Part shown: positions 1 through 8,094 of the stretch, one piece after another
How positions within the stretch are numbered: the stretch's first letter is position 1
Layout: each line of letters starts with the position of its first letter
Source of the DNA: Pelosinus sp. IPA-1
Lineage (GTDB): Bacteria > Bacillota > Negativicutes > DSM-13327
DNA length: 24,000 nucleotides
Assembly: GCF_030269905.1 (NCBI RefSeq)
Contig: NZ_BSVC01000002.1
Span: 12,419 to 36,418 of the forward strand
Direction: 5' to 3'
Made by a program: the position numbers and the translations under genes
The notes under the pieces: generated by a model
Databases searched by the model: none
What the model was told of the DNA's origin: nothing
What the model saw: the letters and a program-made list of their open reading frames with translations, nothing else

Positions 1-161
1 AAAGACAACCAGATGCTGCTTAATGTAAAATAGATTGTAATAGATTTGTCCTACAACGTAAAAGATAGTTACGATTGCTGCTTTTATGTGGCTTGCGGAT
101 ACGAGCCATACGTACTACGAAACAAATTATAGTTTAGGTTATAGAGGTTAGGAGGAAGTGT

Positions 162-995
162 ATGTTAAATATCGGCTGCCATTTATCCGTATCGAAAGGA
201 TATCGGCATATGGGAAAAGAGGCTCTTTCGATTGGGGCGAATACGTTCCAGTTTTTTACTCGCAATCCGCGGGGTAGTAAAGCAAAGAAAATAGATGAAC
301 AAGACGTGGCTGCACTGCTACAGTTGTTAAAAGAAAATAAGTTTGCAACGCTTTTGGCACATGCGCCGTATACACTGAACGCCTGCTCTGCTGATCCGGG
401 GCTGCGGGAATTCGCCGGAAAAGTTTTTGCAGAGGATCTCGCTAATTTGGAATATTTACCGGGGAATTTTTACAATTTTCATCCGGGAAGTCATGTGGGA
501 CAAGGGGTGGAAGTTGGCATCAATTTCATAGCCGATATGCTCAATGAAATTCTGCGCCCAGAGCAAAATACAAGAGTGTTGCTTGAAACAATGGCAGGTA
601 AGGGCAGCGAAGTTGGCCGCAGTTTTGAAGAGCTCCGTGCCATTCTTGACAAGGTAGAGTTGAGTGACAAAATGGGTGTATGCCTTGATACCTGCCATGT
701 GTTTGACGCAGGATATGACATCGTGAACAACCTTGATGGTGTGCTTGAACAGTTTGACCAAGTGATCGGTCTTGATAAGCTTTATGCCATTCATCTCAAT
801 GACAGTCTAAACCAACTGGAAAGCCACAAAGACCGCCATGCCTGTATTGGCACAGGTAACATTGGCTTAGAACCAATTGTTCGTATCATTAATCATCCTC
901 AACTCCGCAATTTGCCCTTCTTCTTAGAAACGCCTAATGAGCTTCCTGGTTATGCCGAGGAAATAAAGCTACTAAGAGAAGCTTATCAAGAATAA
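162..995 (+). CDS. nfo: Endonuclease IV (AP endonuclease, Nfo family)
   Basis: 277-aa ORF with an AGGAGG RBS about 7 nt upstream. The Nfo TIM-barrel metal-ligand motifs are colinear with E. coli Nfo: [57 protein letters not shown]. Confidence 0.9.
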   Translation: MLNIGCHLSVSKGYRHMGKEALSIGANTFQFFTRNPRGSKAKKIDEQDVAALLQLLKENKFATLLAHAPYTLNACSADPGLREFAGKVFAEDLANLEYLPGNFYNFHPGSHVGQGVEVGINFIADMLNEILRPEQNTRVLLETMAGKGSEVGRSFEELRAILDKVELSDKMGVCLDTCHVFDAGYDIVNNLDGVLEQFDQVIGLDKLYAIHLNDSLNQLESHKDRHACIGTGNIGLEPIVRIINHPQLRNLPFFLETPNELPGYAEEIKLLREAYQE

Positions 996-1005
996 GGAGA
1001 AGACA

Positions 1006-1611
1006 ATGGAGATTTTTCAGTATGGGCAAAGAGAAATTGAGTACTTAAAAAAGAAAGATAAAAAACTAGCAGAAGCAATTGATCGTATTGGATTTATTAC
1101 ACGCGAAGTGATTCCGGATTTATTTGCTGCACTTGTCAACAGTATTGTTGGCCAGCAGATATCTATGAAAGCTGCCGATACTGTGTGGGCGCGTATGCAG
1201 GAACGTTTCTTTGAAATTACACCGGAAAGAATTGCCTTAAAAACAACGGAAGAAGTACAGCAATGTGGTATGACCATGAAAAAGGCGATTTATATCAAAA
1301 ATATTGCCGATGCCGTACTCAGCGGTGAGTTTAAAATCACGGAACTTTACGAATTACCGGATGATGAAGTATGCAAACGGCTGTCCGCTCTCAACGGTAT
1401 CGGAGTGTGGACAGCACAAATGCTGATGACGTTTTGTTTGCAACGTCCGAATATTGTAAGTTGGGATGACCTTGCAATTCGGCGCGGCATGACGATACTT
1501 TACCACCACAGGAAGCTTGATAAGGCAAAGTTTGAGAAATATAGAAGGCGTTATTCACCTTATGGAACCGTTGCAGCACTCTACCTTTGGGAAATCTCAG
1601 TTGGGAAGTAA
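1006..1611 (+). CDS. DNA-3-methyladenine glycosylase II family protein (HhH-GPD superfamily, short AlkA/Mag type)
   Basis: 201-aa ORF starting 11 nt after the nfo stop, with a GGAGAAG RBS. Helix-hairpin-helix LSALNGIGVWTAQMLM, and a catalytic-Asp context VSWDDLAIRRG typical of HhH-GPD glycosylases. Confidence 0.75.
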   Translation: MEIFQYGQREIEYLKKKDKKLAEAIDRIGFITREVIPDLFAALVNSIVGQQISMKAADTVWARMQERFFEITPERIALKTTEEVQQCGMTMKKAIYIKNIADAVLSGEFKITELYELPDDEVCKRLSALNGIGVWTAQMLMTFCLQRPNIVSWDDLAIRRGMTILYHHRKLDKAKFEKYRRRYSPYGTVAALYLWEISVGK

Positions 1612-1686
1612 TATCTTACTAAGATTGACTTTCTCCATGCTGTGAAATACAATTTACCTAACAACTGGTCGTTATGGAGGATAGAT

Positions 1687-2304
1687 GTGAGCACTAAAAC
1701 TAGAGATAAAATAATAAAAGTTGCACTTACTTTATTTGCTAATGATGGATATGATGCAACCAGTATGGAGAAAATTGCGACTGGAGTAGGGATTAAGAAA
1801 TCATCCCTATACACATTCATAGCTAGTAAAGAAGCACTCTTTTGGGAAATTTATGAAAACGTTGAGGCATCATATCATAACTATATGGCGCAGCTGCTAA
1901 CAGATTCAGCAAGTATGGCACCCGATAAAAGGCTGTATTATCTCTTCAAACATTATTTACTTGGTAATCAGAATGTTTCTAGAGAACAGGATATAGCGGA
2001 GAGGACTTTTTGGATTCGTATTATGTTTTTTCCCCCAGCAGTCATAAAAGATCGGCTGCTAAGTACAGCGTTACAACATGAGAGGGAACTTGGTGAGAAG
2101 TATCAAGAAATAATCAGAGAGGGTATTCGTCAAGGAGTATTTCGGAAAGCCCCGGTGGAAGAAATCTTGCTCTCTTACTATAGTCTAAGGCAAGGACTCT
2201 ATGCTCTTATGAGTGTGTATATGACGGATATGCCGCAAGCGCAAAAACTTGAGCAGATTGAAACGGTTTGGGATAATTATTGGCATGGAATAAAAGTAAG
2301 ATAG
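1687..2304 (+). CDS. TetR/AcrR family transcriptional regulator
   Basis: N-terminal TetR HTH (KIIKVALTLFANDGYDATSMEKIATGVGIKKSSLYTFIASKEALF). I prefer the GTG at 1687, which lies 6 nt after GGAGG (1676-1680), over the track start at 1642, which has no RBS. Confidence 0.8.
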   Translation: MSTKTRDKIIKVALTLFANDGYDATSMEKIATGVGIKKSSLYTFIASKEALFWEIYENVEASYHNYMAQLLTDSASMAPDKRLYYLFKHYLLGNQNVSREQDIAERTFWIRIMFFPPAVIKDRLLSTALQHERELGEKYQEIIREGIRQGVFRKAPVEEILLSYYSLRQGLYALMSVYMTDMPQAQKLEQIETVWDNYWHGIKVR

Positions 2305-2327
2305 TAGGGAATTTTAAGGCAAGTTGT

Positions 2328-2362
2328 AAAAGGATTTCGGTAATTACCGGAGTCCTTTTATT
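2328..2362 (+). terminator. Rho-independent terminator after the TetR gene
   Basis: AAAAGGAUUUCGGU / ACCGGAGUCCUUUU hairpin (about 14 bp including G-U pairs) centred on the CGGTAATTACCG palindrome. A-run and U-run flanks. Confidence 0.55.
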
Positions 2363-2419
2363 GTGCTTAGGGAGCATTACATACGAAAAACTATGGATTT
2401 GGTAAAAATCTCAGTGGAC

Positions 2420-2448
2420 TTGACTTTTAATTTTGTATCTAGTAGTAT
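2420..2448 (+). promoter_or_regulatory. Candidate sigma-A promoter of the methyltransferase gene
   Basis: TTGACT (2420-2425), 17-nt spacer, TAGTAT (2443-2448), 57 nt upstream of the ATG at 2505. Confidence 0.45.
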
Positions 2449-2453
2449 TTAGC

Positions 2454-2469
2454 TAACGAACGGTCGTTA
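2454..2469. promoter_or_regulatory. Inverted repeat, candidate TetR operator
   Basis: TAACGA-ACGG-TCGTTA perfect 6-bp arms, starting 6 nt downstream of the putative -10. It lies between the TetR gene and the methyltransferase gene. Confidence 0.4.
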
Positions 2470-2504
2470 AGATAAATATCTATTGAAATGCAAAGGAGAA
2501 AATC

Positions 2505-3374
2505 ATGAGTAAACCAATTAAAACAAAAGTATCCATCACTGCACAAGGAACTTGCCTTATGCGGGCCATCTCTTACTATGAGAAAGATCCATGTTACAAG
2601 AGTGAAGATTTCATTGCTTCAGCCATTCTACCATCATTTCTTACTACAACAGCTAAATACAATTTTTCACGAGCTATCTTAAAAAAAGCCTTTTTTAAAG
2701 TTCCTGGTATTTATGAGTATGTCATTTCAAGGACCCACTTTATTGATGGGATATTTAAAGATGAGTTAAGCGGCATAGAACAAGTGTTGATATTAGGAGC
2801 CGGATTTGATTCGCGGGCGATACGATTTGAAAAAGAATTAAAAAATAGTAAAGTATTTGAAATTGATGCGGCGCCCACCCAGCAGGCAAAAAGAATTACA
2901 TTTGCGGAAAGAAACATCGACTTTCCCAAAAATCTGAAGTTTGTTTCATTAGATCTTATCCAGGAAACGTTATTGGACAAATTAGAGGAAGCGGGATTTG
3001 AAAAAAATCGGAAATGTCTTTTTTTATTAGAAGGGCTGACATACTATCTTCCTCAAGATACGATTGTTAGTATGTTTAATTTCATAAGCAACTATGCTGC
3101 AAAAGGAAGCCAACTAATTTTTGATTATGCATTTGCTTCAACGCTTAACCAAGAAAGCAATTCCGCCAATACGAAAAAACATTACCAAACTCTTGTCAAA
3201 GCAGGTGAAAAGCCTGGGTTTGTACTTGAGGGAGAGATAAAGGATTTTTTAGAAAAATATAGTTTTGAAGTAATGGAAGAATTAGATTCGGTTAAATTAG
3301 CAAAAAAATATTTTAATACTGATGATTTTCAACCAGCTGCGCAACAATTCAAACTTGTCAGGGCAGTCAAATAG
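2505..3374 (+). CDS. Class I SAM-dependent methyltransferase (leucine carboxyl / O-methyltransferase-like family)
   Basis: 289-aa ORF with an AAAGGAG RBS. SAM-binding motif I context VLILGAGFDSRAIRF and acidic motif VFEIDAAP, followed by LLEGLTYYL. This pattern is characteristic of the LCMT / putative polyketide O-methyltransferase family. Confidence 0.75.
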   Translation: MSKPIKTKVSITAQGTCLMRAISYYEKDPCYKSEDFIASAILPSFLTTTAKYNFSRAILKKAFFKVPGIYEYVISRTHFIDGIFKDELSGIEQVLILGAGFDSRAIRFEKELKNSKVFEIDAAPTQQAKRITFAERNIDFPKNLKFVSLDLIQETLLDKLEEAGFEKNRKCLFLLEGLTYYLPQDTIVSMFNFISNYAAKGSQLIFDYAFASTLNQESNSANTKKHYQTLVKAGEKPGFVLEGEIKDFLEKYSFEVMEELDSVKLAKKYFNTDDFQPAAQQFKLVRAVK

Positions 3375-3540
3375 AATTTCTAAGAAGGTGCTTAGACAAT
3401 ATTAATATGCAAAAGGTCGTTTATTGGCATAACTAGTACTCTATACAATAGAGATAAATATGGAATAATCAGGTAAAATAGTATATATTGAAATATATAA
3501 TTATAATTGCTGGCAGTAAGGGATAACAATAGGAGGAAAG

Positions 3541-4377
3541 ATGAAACTAACAGTTTTAGTCGATAATAATACTATAATTGATAGATATTTTCATGGTGAA
3601 CCAGGAGTATCTTATTTCATCGAGTGCGATGGCAGAAAATACTTGTTTGATACTGGATATTCCGACATATTTTTGAGGAATGCCATTAAAATGGGTATTA
3701 ACTTATTAGGGTTAGATGCTGTAGTTATTTCACACGGTCACAATGACCATACTTGGGGACTTGGTGAGTTAGTTAAACTATACACGGAGGCTGCATGTGA
3801 AGGGCATGAGTGCAAAAAAACTATGATAATCGCTCATCCAGATGCTTTTTTAGATAAAAATATTGATGGGCTTGATATAGGGTCAATGATGTCTGTAAAC
3901 CAACTTAAAAAATCATTTTTATTAAAACTAAGTAAAGAGCCTGTGTGGCTCACCAATAAACTTATATTTTTAGGGGAAATCGAAAGAAATAATTCTTTTG
4001 AAGCGAAAGTTCCCATTGGCAAAACCCTAAGGAATAATACATTGGAAGATGATTATGTGCTTGATGATTCTGCTCTCGTATATACATCGGAAAAGGGTTT
4101 GGTAATCATAACGGGATGCTCCCATGCTGGAGTTTGTAATATTATTGAATATGCTAAAAAGGTGTGTAATGAGGAAAGAGTATATGATGTTATTGGCGGA
4201 TTTCACCTGCTGAATCCCTCCCAACATAAATTAGAGAATACTGTTGAATATCTTAAAAAATGTCAAACTGCCACTATCCATGCCTGTCATTGCACCGATT
4301 TACGTTCAAAAATAAGTTTAGCCCAGGCGATGAATATTGAAGATGTTGGTGTAGGGCTAGAATTGGAGTATAGGTGA
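3541..4377 (+). CDS. MBL-fold metallo-hydrolase (COG1237-like)
   Basis: 278-aa ORF with an AGGAGG RBS. Metallo-beta-lactamase motif ISHGHNDHTWG, later GCSHAG and HACHCT metal-ligand-like motifs. Confidence 0.75.
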   Translation: MKLTVLVDNNTIIDRYFHGEPGVSYFIECDGRKYLFDTGYSDIFLRNAIKMGINLLGLDAVVISHGHNDHTWGLGELVKLYTEAACEGHECKKTMIIAHPDAFLDKNIDGLDIGSMMSVNQLKKSFLLKLSKEPVWLTNKLIFLGEIERNNSFEAKVPIGKTLRNNTLEDDYVLDDSALVYTSEKGLVIITGCSHAGVCNIIEYAKKVCNEERVYDVIGGFHLLNPSQHKLENTVEYLKKCQTATIHACHCTDLRSKISLAQAMNIEDVGVGLELEYR

Positions 4378-4436
4378 GAGGGAAAGCGCAGGGTAACTTC
4401 TGGTGGGATAAGCTTAAAAAGAAAGGGGGATTAAAA

Positions 4437-5159
4437 ATGAGTAGCTCAATTAAAATAGGAATAATTGGCGATCTTGATTTGAAACGTCCATCACACCAGG
4501 CAACAAATGAAGCATTAAATCATTGTGCAGATTTTTTAGGAATAAATTTAGAACTGCAATGGCTACCTACCGAATCATTAGAAGAAGATGCAGATAAAAG
4601 CCTTAGTGAGTTTGATGGGCTTTGGTGTGCACCAGGAAGTCCTTATAAGAGTATGAAGGGAGCTTTAAAAGCAATTCGATTTGCAAGAGTAAAGGATTAT
4701 CCCTTTATTGGAACATGCGGAGGATTTCAACACGCTGTTATTGAATATGCTCAAAATGAATTAGGATTAAATGATGCACAACATGCAGAATATGATCCCA
4801 GTGCTTCAAATTTTTTCATTACTGCTTTATCATGCTCTCTAGTTGGAGAAACACGTAAAATTTTTATAAATAAGAATTCGATGGTTTACAATATCTATAT
4901 TAAAACAGAAATTGAAGAACGCTATAATTGCAATTTCGGACTTAACCCTAGTTATCAAAAATTAATAGATGAAAGCGGTTTTAAAGTGGTTGGCACAGAT
5001 GAGCAGGGTGAAGCAAGAATACTTGAGTTACTTCAAAAAAAATTTTTTATTGCTACACTTTTTCAACCACAACTAAGCTCATTGCCTACCAATCCCCATA
5101 AACTTATAGTAGAATATTTGAATTGTGCAAAAGAATTTCATATCTTTAAAAGTCTATAG
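4437..5159 (+). CDS. Class I glutamine amidotransferase domain protein (CTP synthase C-terminal domain-like)
   Basis: Nucleophile elbow GTCGGFQHAVIEYA and the LFQPQ region resemble the GATase domain of CTP synthase, and there is no synthetase domain. I prefer the ATG at 4437 behind AAAGGGGGA (4422-4430) over the GTG at 4374, which overlaps the upstream stop. Confidence 0.65.
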   Translation: MSSSIKIGIIGDLDLKRPSHQATNEALNHCADFLGINLELQWLPTESLEEDADKSLSEFDGLWCAPGSPYKSMKGALKAIRFARVKDYPFIGTCGGFQHAVIEYAQNELGLNDAQHAEYDPSASNFFITALSCSLVGETRKIFINKNSMVYNIYIKTEIEERYNCNFGLNPSYQKLIDESGFKVVGTDEQGEARILELLQKKFFIATLFQPQLSSLPTNPHKLIVEYLNCAKEFHIFKSL

Positions 5160-5183
5160 TGCAATTGCAAGTAAAAATAAGAT

Positions 5184-5230
5184 AAAAAACTACTTACAAT
5201 GTTGAAACGTAAGTAGTTTTTATTGTTTTT
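5184..5230 (+). terminator. Rho-independent terminator of the MBL-GATase unit
   Basis: AAAAACUACUUAC, 11-nt loop, GUAAGUAGUUUUU, then AUUGUUUUU. Confidence 0.7.
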
Positions 5231-5402
5231 TTATTGCGGTTATAATCAAAGAAGAAAAGCCAAGCCGCAAAATTTCAGATGGGTATTATAAAGTATACTA
5301 AGACACATTTTAGGTATTATGTATATAAATTGTACGTACTTCCATGTCTTTCTTGGTAAGTGTATAATAATTGCAGATTTATAAATCTAAGGAGGCGTAA
5401 AT

Positions 5403-6047
5403 ATGAATATGGAAATACACAATTGGCATAAGGAAGCACTTGGCGAAAAGGTAGTAGGGGCTTTCAAAAAAAATGATTTCAACGCAGTATACTTCCCAAC
5501 TGCTGAGGAGGCAGCTACTTTTATTATGGATCACGTAAAACCTGAAACCAAAGTGGGTTTTGGTGGGTCCATGACAATAAATAATATGGGGATTCAAGAT
5601 AAGGTAGAGGCTGCGGGTGGTAAGGTTTTGGATCATGGAGCACCGGGGCTTACCTTAGAGGAAAGAATAGCAATTGCAAGAGAAGAAATGCTAAGTGACT
5701 TATATTTATGTAGCAGCAATGCAATTACTTTAGATGGTATGCTTGTCAATATAGATGGCATGGGAAATAGAGTAGCAGCAATGAGCTTTGGTCCTAAAAA
5801 GGTAATTGTAGTAGCTGGTATTAATAAAATATGTAAAGATGAAAAAGCTGCATTTGAAAGATTAGAAGGCATCGCCGCACCGATGAATAATAAAAGATTG
5901 GGCATCCAAAATCCATGCACGAAAACAGGTACCTGTATGAATTGTCAATCTAAAAGCAGAATATGCAGGGTATATTCCGTATTAAGAAAAAAACCAATGG
6001 TGACAGATATAACTGTAGTAGTTATTGGAGAAAATGTAGGATATTAG
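5403..6047 (+). CDS. LUD-domain (DUF162, lactate-utilisation LutC/YkgG-like) protein with C-terminal Cys cluster
   Basis: 214-aa ORF with an AAGGAGG RBS. The overall pattern (FGGSMT, LCSSNAITLDGMLVNIDGMGNRV, VIVVAGINKI) fits LUD-domain proteins. The C-terminal CTKTGTCMNCQSKSRIC suggests a metal or Fe-S site. Confidence 0.6.
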   Translation: MNMEIHNWHKEALGEKVVGAFKKNDFNAVYFPTAEEAATFIMDHVKPETKVGFGGSMTINNMGIQDKVEAAGGKVLDHGAPGLTLEERIAIAREEMLSDLYLCSSNAITLDGMLVNIDGMGNRVAAMSFGPKKVIVVAGINKICKDEKAAFERLEGIAAPMNNKRLGIQNPCTKTGTCMNCQSKSRICRVYSVLRKKPMVTDITVVVIGENVGY

Positions 6048-6175
6048 TTTTGTCAGTGGCTTAGGTACAATAAAAATCTGTATCAGAATTTAAATAAAGT
6101 AACTCATAATTTTGGTTCAATATAGCCCTTTATTGCATATTGTACAATGAATATGTAATAAAAGGAGCATATAGC

Positions 6176-7003
6176 ATGGACATATTTTGTCGAGAAGTAA
6201 AACCCTATGAGTGTCTAAATTTAAGACGCGTCCAGTTTTGGCTCAGAATTATGAAAGAGCATGCATTATTCATGAAGCTTGGATTTGCATGTTCCGATAC
6301 TGAACTTATTCGCCAAGCAGAAGAATTTTATAATGTTTTTGAAGACCTGGAAAAAAAGTCATGCATGATAAAGTGTGACGAGGAATTCATGGATTTCGTC
6401 TGTCGAATTATGGTTGCAGTTAAAAATATTTTCGCTTTTAAACGTCATGTCTTACATCTAATTATCGAATGTGAAATAGGCGGTTATAATTATCCCCTCT
6501 TAATCGATCATATTTCCCGTGAGGCTATGTATTTTCTGAAACTTCTTGAAAAGATTAAGGACGGGGATATGAAATGCCCTGTTGACTCAATCGTTAGTGA
6601 TAATGTTTTTTGGCTCAGACATATGGCGGATCATGCTAGATTTATTGTTGGGCTACTTGATCCATCTGAGCGAGGTTTTGTTGAACAAGCGAATGATTTT
6701 GCGGTCAAGTTTGAGCAGTTACAGCTACAAGCCCGTGACCTTGATAGTATGTTATGGCACTTCCGCCCTAATAATGATCTTGTCCGGTTTGAAATGGATG
6801 CAACGAATGCGACGATACAAATTCGTGATTTTAAAAAGGCAGCGCGTGATTTAATTTCATGTTGTAAAGTAGTCTCCTTGATTCCGCCGTTACTAGCAGA
6901 TCATGTTCTACGGGAAGCGGAATACTTTTTAGAAATTCTTGACCTAATCAGAGAAGATCTTCAAAATCTGTGTGAGCAGCCAATTGTTACTTGTGATTAT
7001 TAA
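6176..7003 (+). CDS. DUF2935-like helical repeat protein (function unknown)
   Basis: Two internal repeats, each containing FWLR-x-M-x-(E/D)HA-x-F (FWLRIMKEHALFM and FWLRHMADHARFI) and HxxREAxYFL (HISREAMYFL, HVLREAEYFL), as I recall for DUF2935. I prefer the ATG at 6176, 8 nt after AAAGGAG, over the TTG at 6140. Confidence 0.55.
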   Translation: MDIFCREVKPYECLNLRRVQFWLRIMKEHALFMKLGFACSDTELIRQAEEFYNVFEDLEKKSCMIKCDEEFMDFVCRIMVAVKNIFAFKRHVLHLIIECEIGGYNYPLLIDHISREAMYFLKLLEKIKDGDMKCPVDSIVSDNVFWLRHMADHARFIVGLLDPSERGFVEQANDFAVKFEQLQLQARDLDSMLWHFRPNNDLVRFEMDATNATIQIRDFKKAARDLISCCKVVSLIPPLLADHVLREAEYFLEILDLIREDLQNLCEQPIVTCDY

Positions 7004-7081
7004 ACTCTTATGCGAAGGTAGCTCGACGGGACAAATCCAATACGGAACAACTGCAACCATGATAAAAATTAATATATTGAC

Positions 7082-7112
7082 AAACTCCTGCAAAGTGACT
7101 TCGCAGGAGTTT
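7082..7112. terminator. Terminator between the convergent DUF2935 and Crp/Fnr genes
   Basis: AAACUCCUGC, 11-nt loop, GCAGGAGUUU, then UAUUAUUU on the + strand. Positioned between the two convergent stops (7003 and 7174). Confidence 0.6.
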
Positions 7113-7173
7113 ATTATTTATAAAAAGCTATAGTAGAAATATGGATCTTTCAGACAAATTTATATTAATTCTC

Positions 7174-7881
7174 TTAGTTACTTTGTCTTATATTCAGAGC
7201 AGTAAGTTTCTCATATTGTTCTTTGCTTACTACAATTTTGTTGCGTTCCAAAGTGAGGTAGCCTTTTTGTGATAAGCGCTTTACGCAGCGATTGACGGTT
7301 TTTGTGCAAAAGCCGATTTCATCAGCAATTTGCTGACGGGTTGATTTCAAAAAAAGTGTGGAATCAACGCTGCGCTTTTGGTAACAAGCAATCAAATGCA
7401 AAACAAAGCGGTCAATCGCATCCAAAAATAAAAAGTTGCGGTCAGTTTTAATTTGAGAGAAAAGTTTTTTTGTCACTAATTGACACAGCGTAAATGAGGC
7501 ATCGGGACTTTGACGCATCCAGTCTAGAAATGTTTCCTTAGACATACAAATGGTCTTGCAAGTAGTTTGGGCTTTTATCGTAACGGCGTAGTGAGAATCA
7601 CCCGTGATGGCCTCCATCTCACCGATAATATCGAAAGCCGTAAACTCTGTAAAGGAATAGTTGATGCCAGAAGAATATTCAGCTAGAGCTTCCATACGTC
7701 CGCTCAGTACTAGATAGACATAGTCACTAGGATCATTCGCTTTCACAAGGATAGAATCTTTTCGTAGTGTCACCCGAGACGAGGCATTGCGTATTGCCTC
7801 AGGCATATGTTGTAGCATCTGTCTGACTGGGGCGGAGAGGGTTAATTCATTGAATGAAGTAACATCGTATATTCCAAGCAT
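7174..7881 (-). CDS. Crp/Fnr family transcriptional regulator
   Basis: N-terminal cNMP-binding-like beta-roll (YVYLVLSGRMEA, FDIIGEMEAI) and C-terminal HTH (TRQQIADEIGFCTKTVNRCVKRLSQKGYL). I prefer the ATG at 7881 behind AAAGGAGG over the track start at 7956. Confidence 0.8.
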   Translation of the reverse strand: MLGIYDVTSFNELTLSAPVRQMLQHMPEAIRNASSRVTLRKDSILVKANDPSDYVYLVLSGRMEALAEYSSGINYSFTEFTAFDIIGEMEAITGDSHYAVTIKAQTTCKTICMSKETFLDWMRQSPDASFTLCQLVTKKLFSQIKTDRNFLFLDAIDRFVLHLIACYQKRSVDSTLFLKSTRQQIADEIGFCTKTVNRCVKRLSQKGYLTLERNKIVVSKEQYEKLTALNIRQSN

Positions 7882-8021
7882 TTTTAGACCTCCTTTAGGA
7901 TAAGCAAGATACTTATTTCTTTTCAACAAAATAGACAGGTGTCCTATCTTTACCATTAATTTAATAATAAAATTTTAGTAAACTATAGTTAATTGGAAAT
8001 AAAATAAGGAGATGGGTGTAC

Positions 8022-8039
8022 GCAAAAGAGAATTTTTGC
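8022..8039. promoter_or_regulatory. 18-bp dyad in the crp/udp divergent region, candidate operator
   Basis: GCAAAA-GAGAAT-TTTTGC, perfect 6-bp arms with a 6-nt spacer. It ends 56 nt upstream of the udp ATG. Confidence 0.3.
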
Positions 8040-8094
8040 ATAGGCCAATAAGTTGGATAGGAACGTCATGAAATAATTGAGGAGGCTTTGTAAT

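Noticed and set aside
1-161. Possible C-terminal end of an upstream + strand gene (frame ending at the TAG at 31-33), and a CGTAA/TTACG hairpin at about 57-73.
   Set aside because: There is too little sequence to recognise any protein. The hairpin is short and not followed by a U-tract.
456-794. Antisense ORFs nested inside confidently assigned genes. These are: 456-794, 491-730, 1017-1277, 1391-1579, 1581-1820, 2711-2980, 3834-4022, 4027-4227, 5379-5636, 5633-5920, 8066-8251, 8238-8528, 9740-9925, 10879-11340, 12997-13236, 14468-14662, 17718-17942, 17964-18155, 18159-18440, 20656-20958, 21538-21732, 21914-22123, 22154-22342, 22697-22981, 23438-23641 and 23660-23875.
   Set aside because: Each lies wholly or largely opposite a longer ORF that has clear family motifs and an RBS. 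Their translations are low-complexity or compositionally odd, with no recognisable motifs and no convincing RBS. They are typical shadow ORFs.
1642-1686. N-terminal extensions in the ORF track: 1642 for TetR, 4374 for the GATase protein, 6140 for DUF2935, 7956 for Crp/Fnr, 8077 for udp, 10295 for the ABC ATPase, and 21548 for the small ger ORF.
   Set aside because: In each case an internal ATG or GTG sits 5-9 nt downstream of a strong GGAGG-type RBS, and it begins the conserved part of the protein. The longer starts use rare codons, lack an RBS, or overlap the RBS, a hairpin or the upstream gene.
3379-3396. TCTAAG-AAGGTG-CTTAGA hairpin after the methyltransferase gene, considered as a terminator.
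   Set aside because: The stem is only 6 bp with no following U-run, which is insufficient for an intrinsic terminator call.
6582-6854. 90-aa + strand ORF in an alternative frame inside the DUF2935-like gene.
   Set aside because: It lies fully inside a longer same-strand ORF that shows an internally repeated conserved motif. It has no RBS, and the product is a hydrophobic, low-information sequence.
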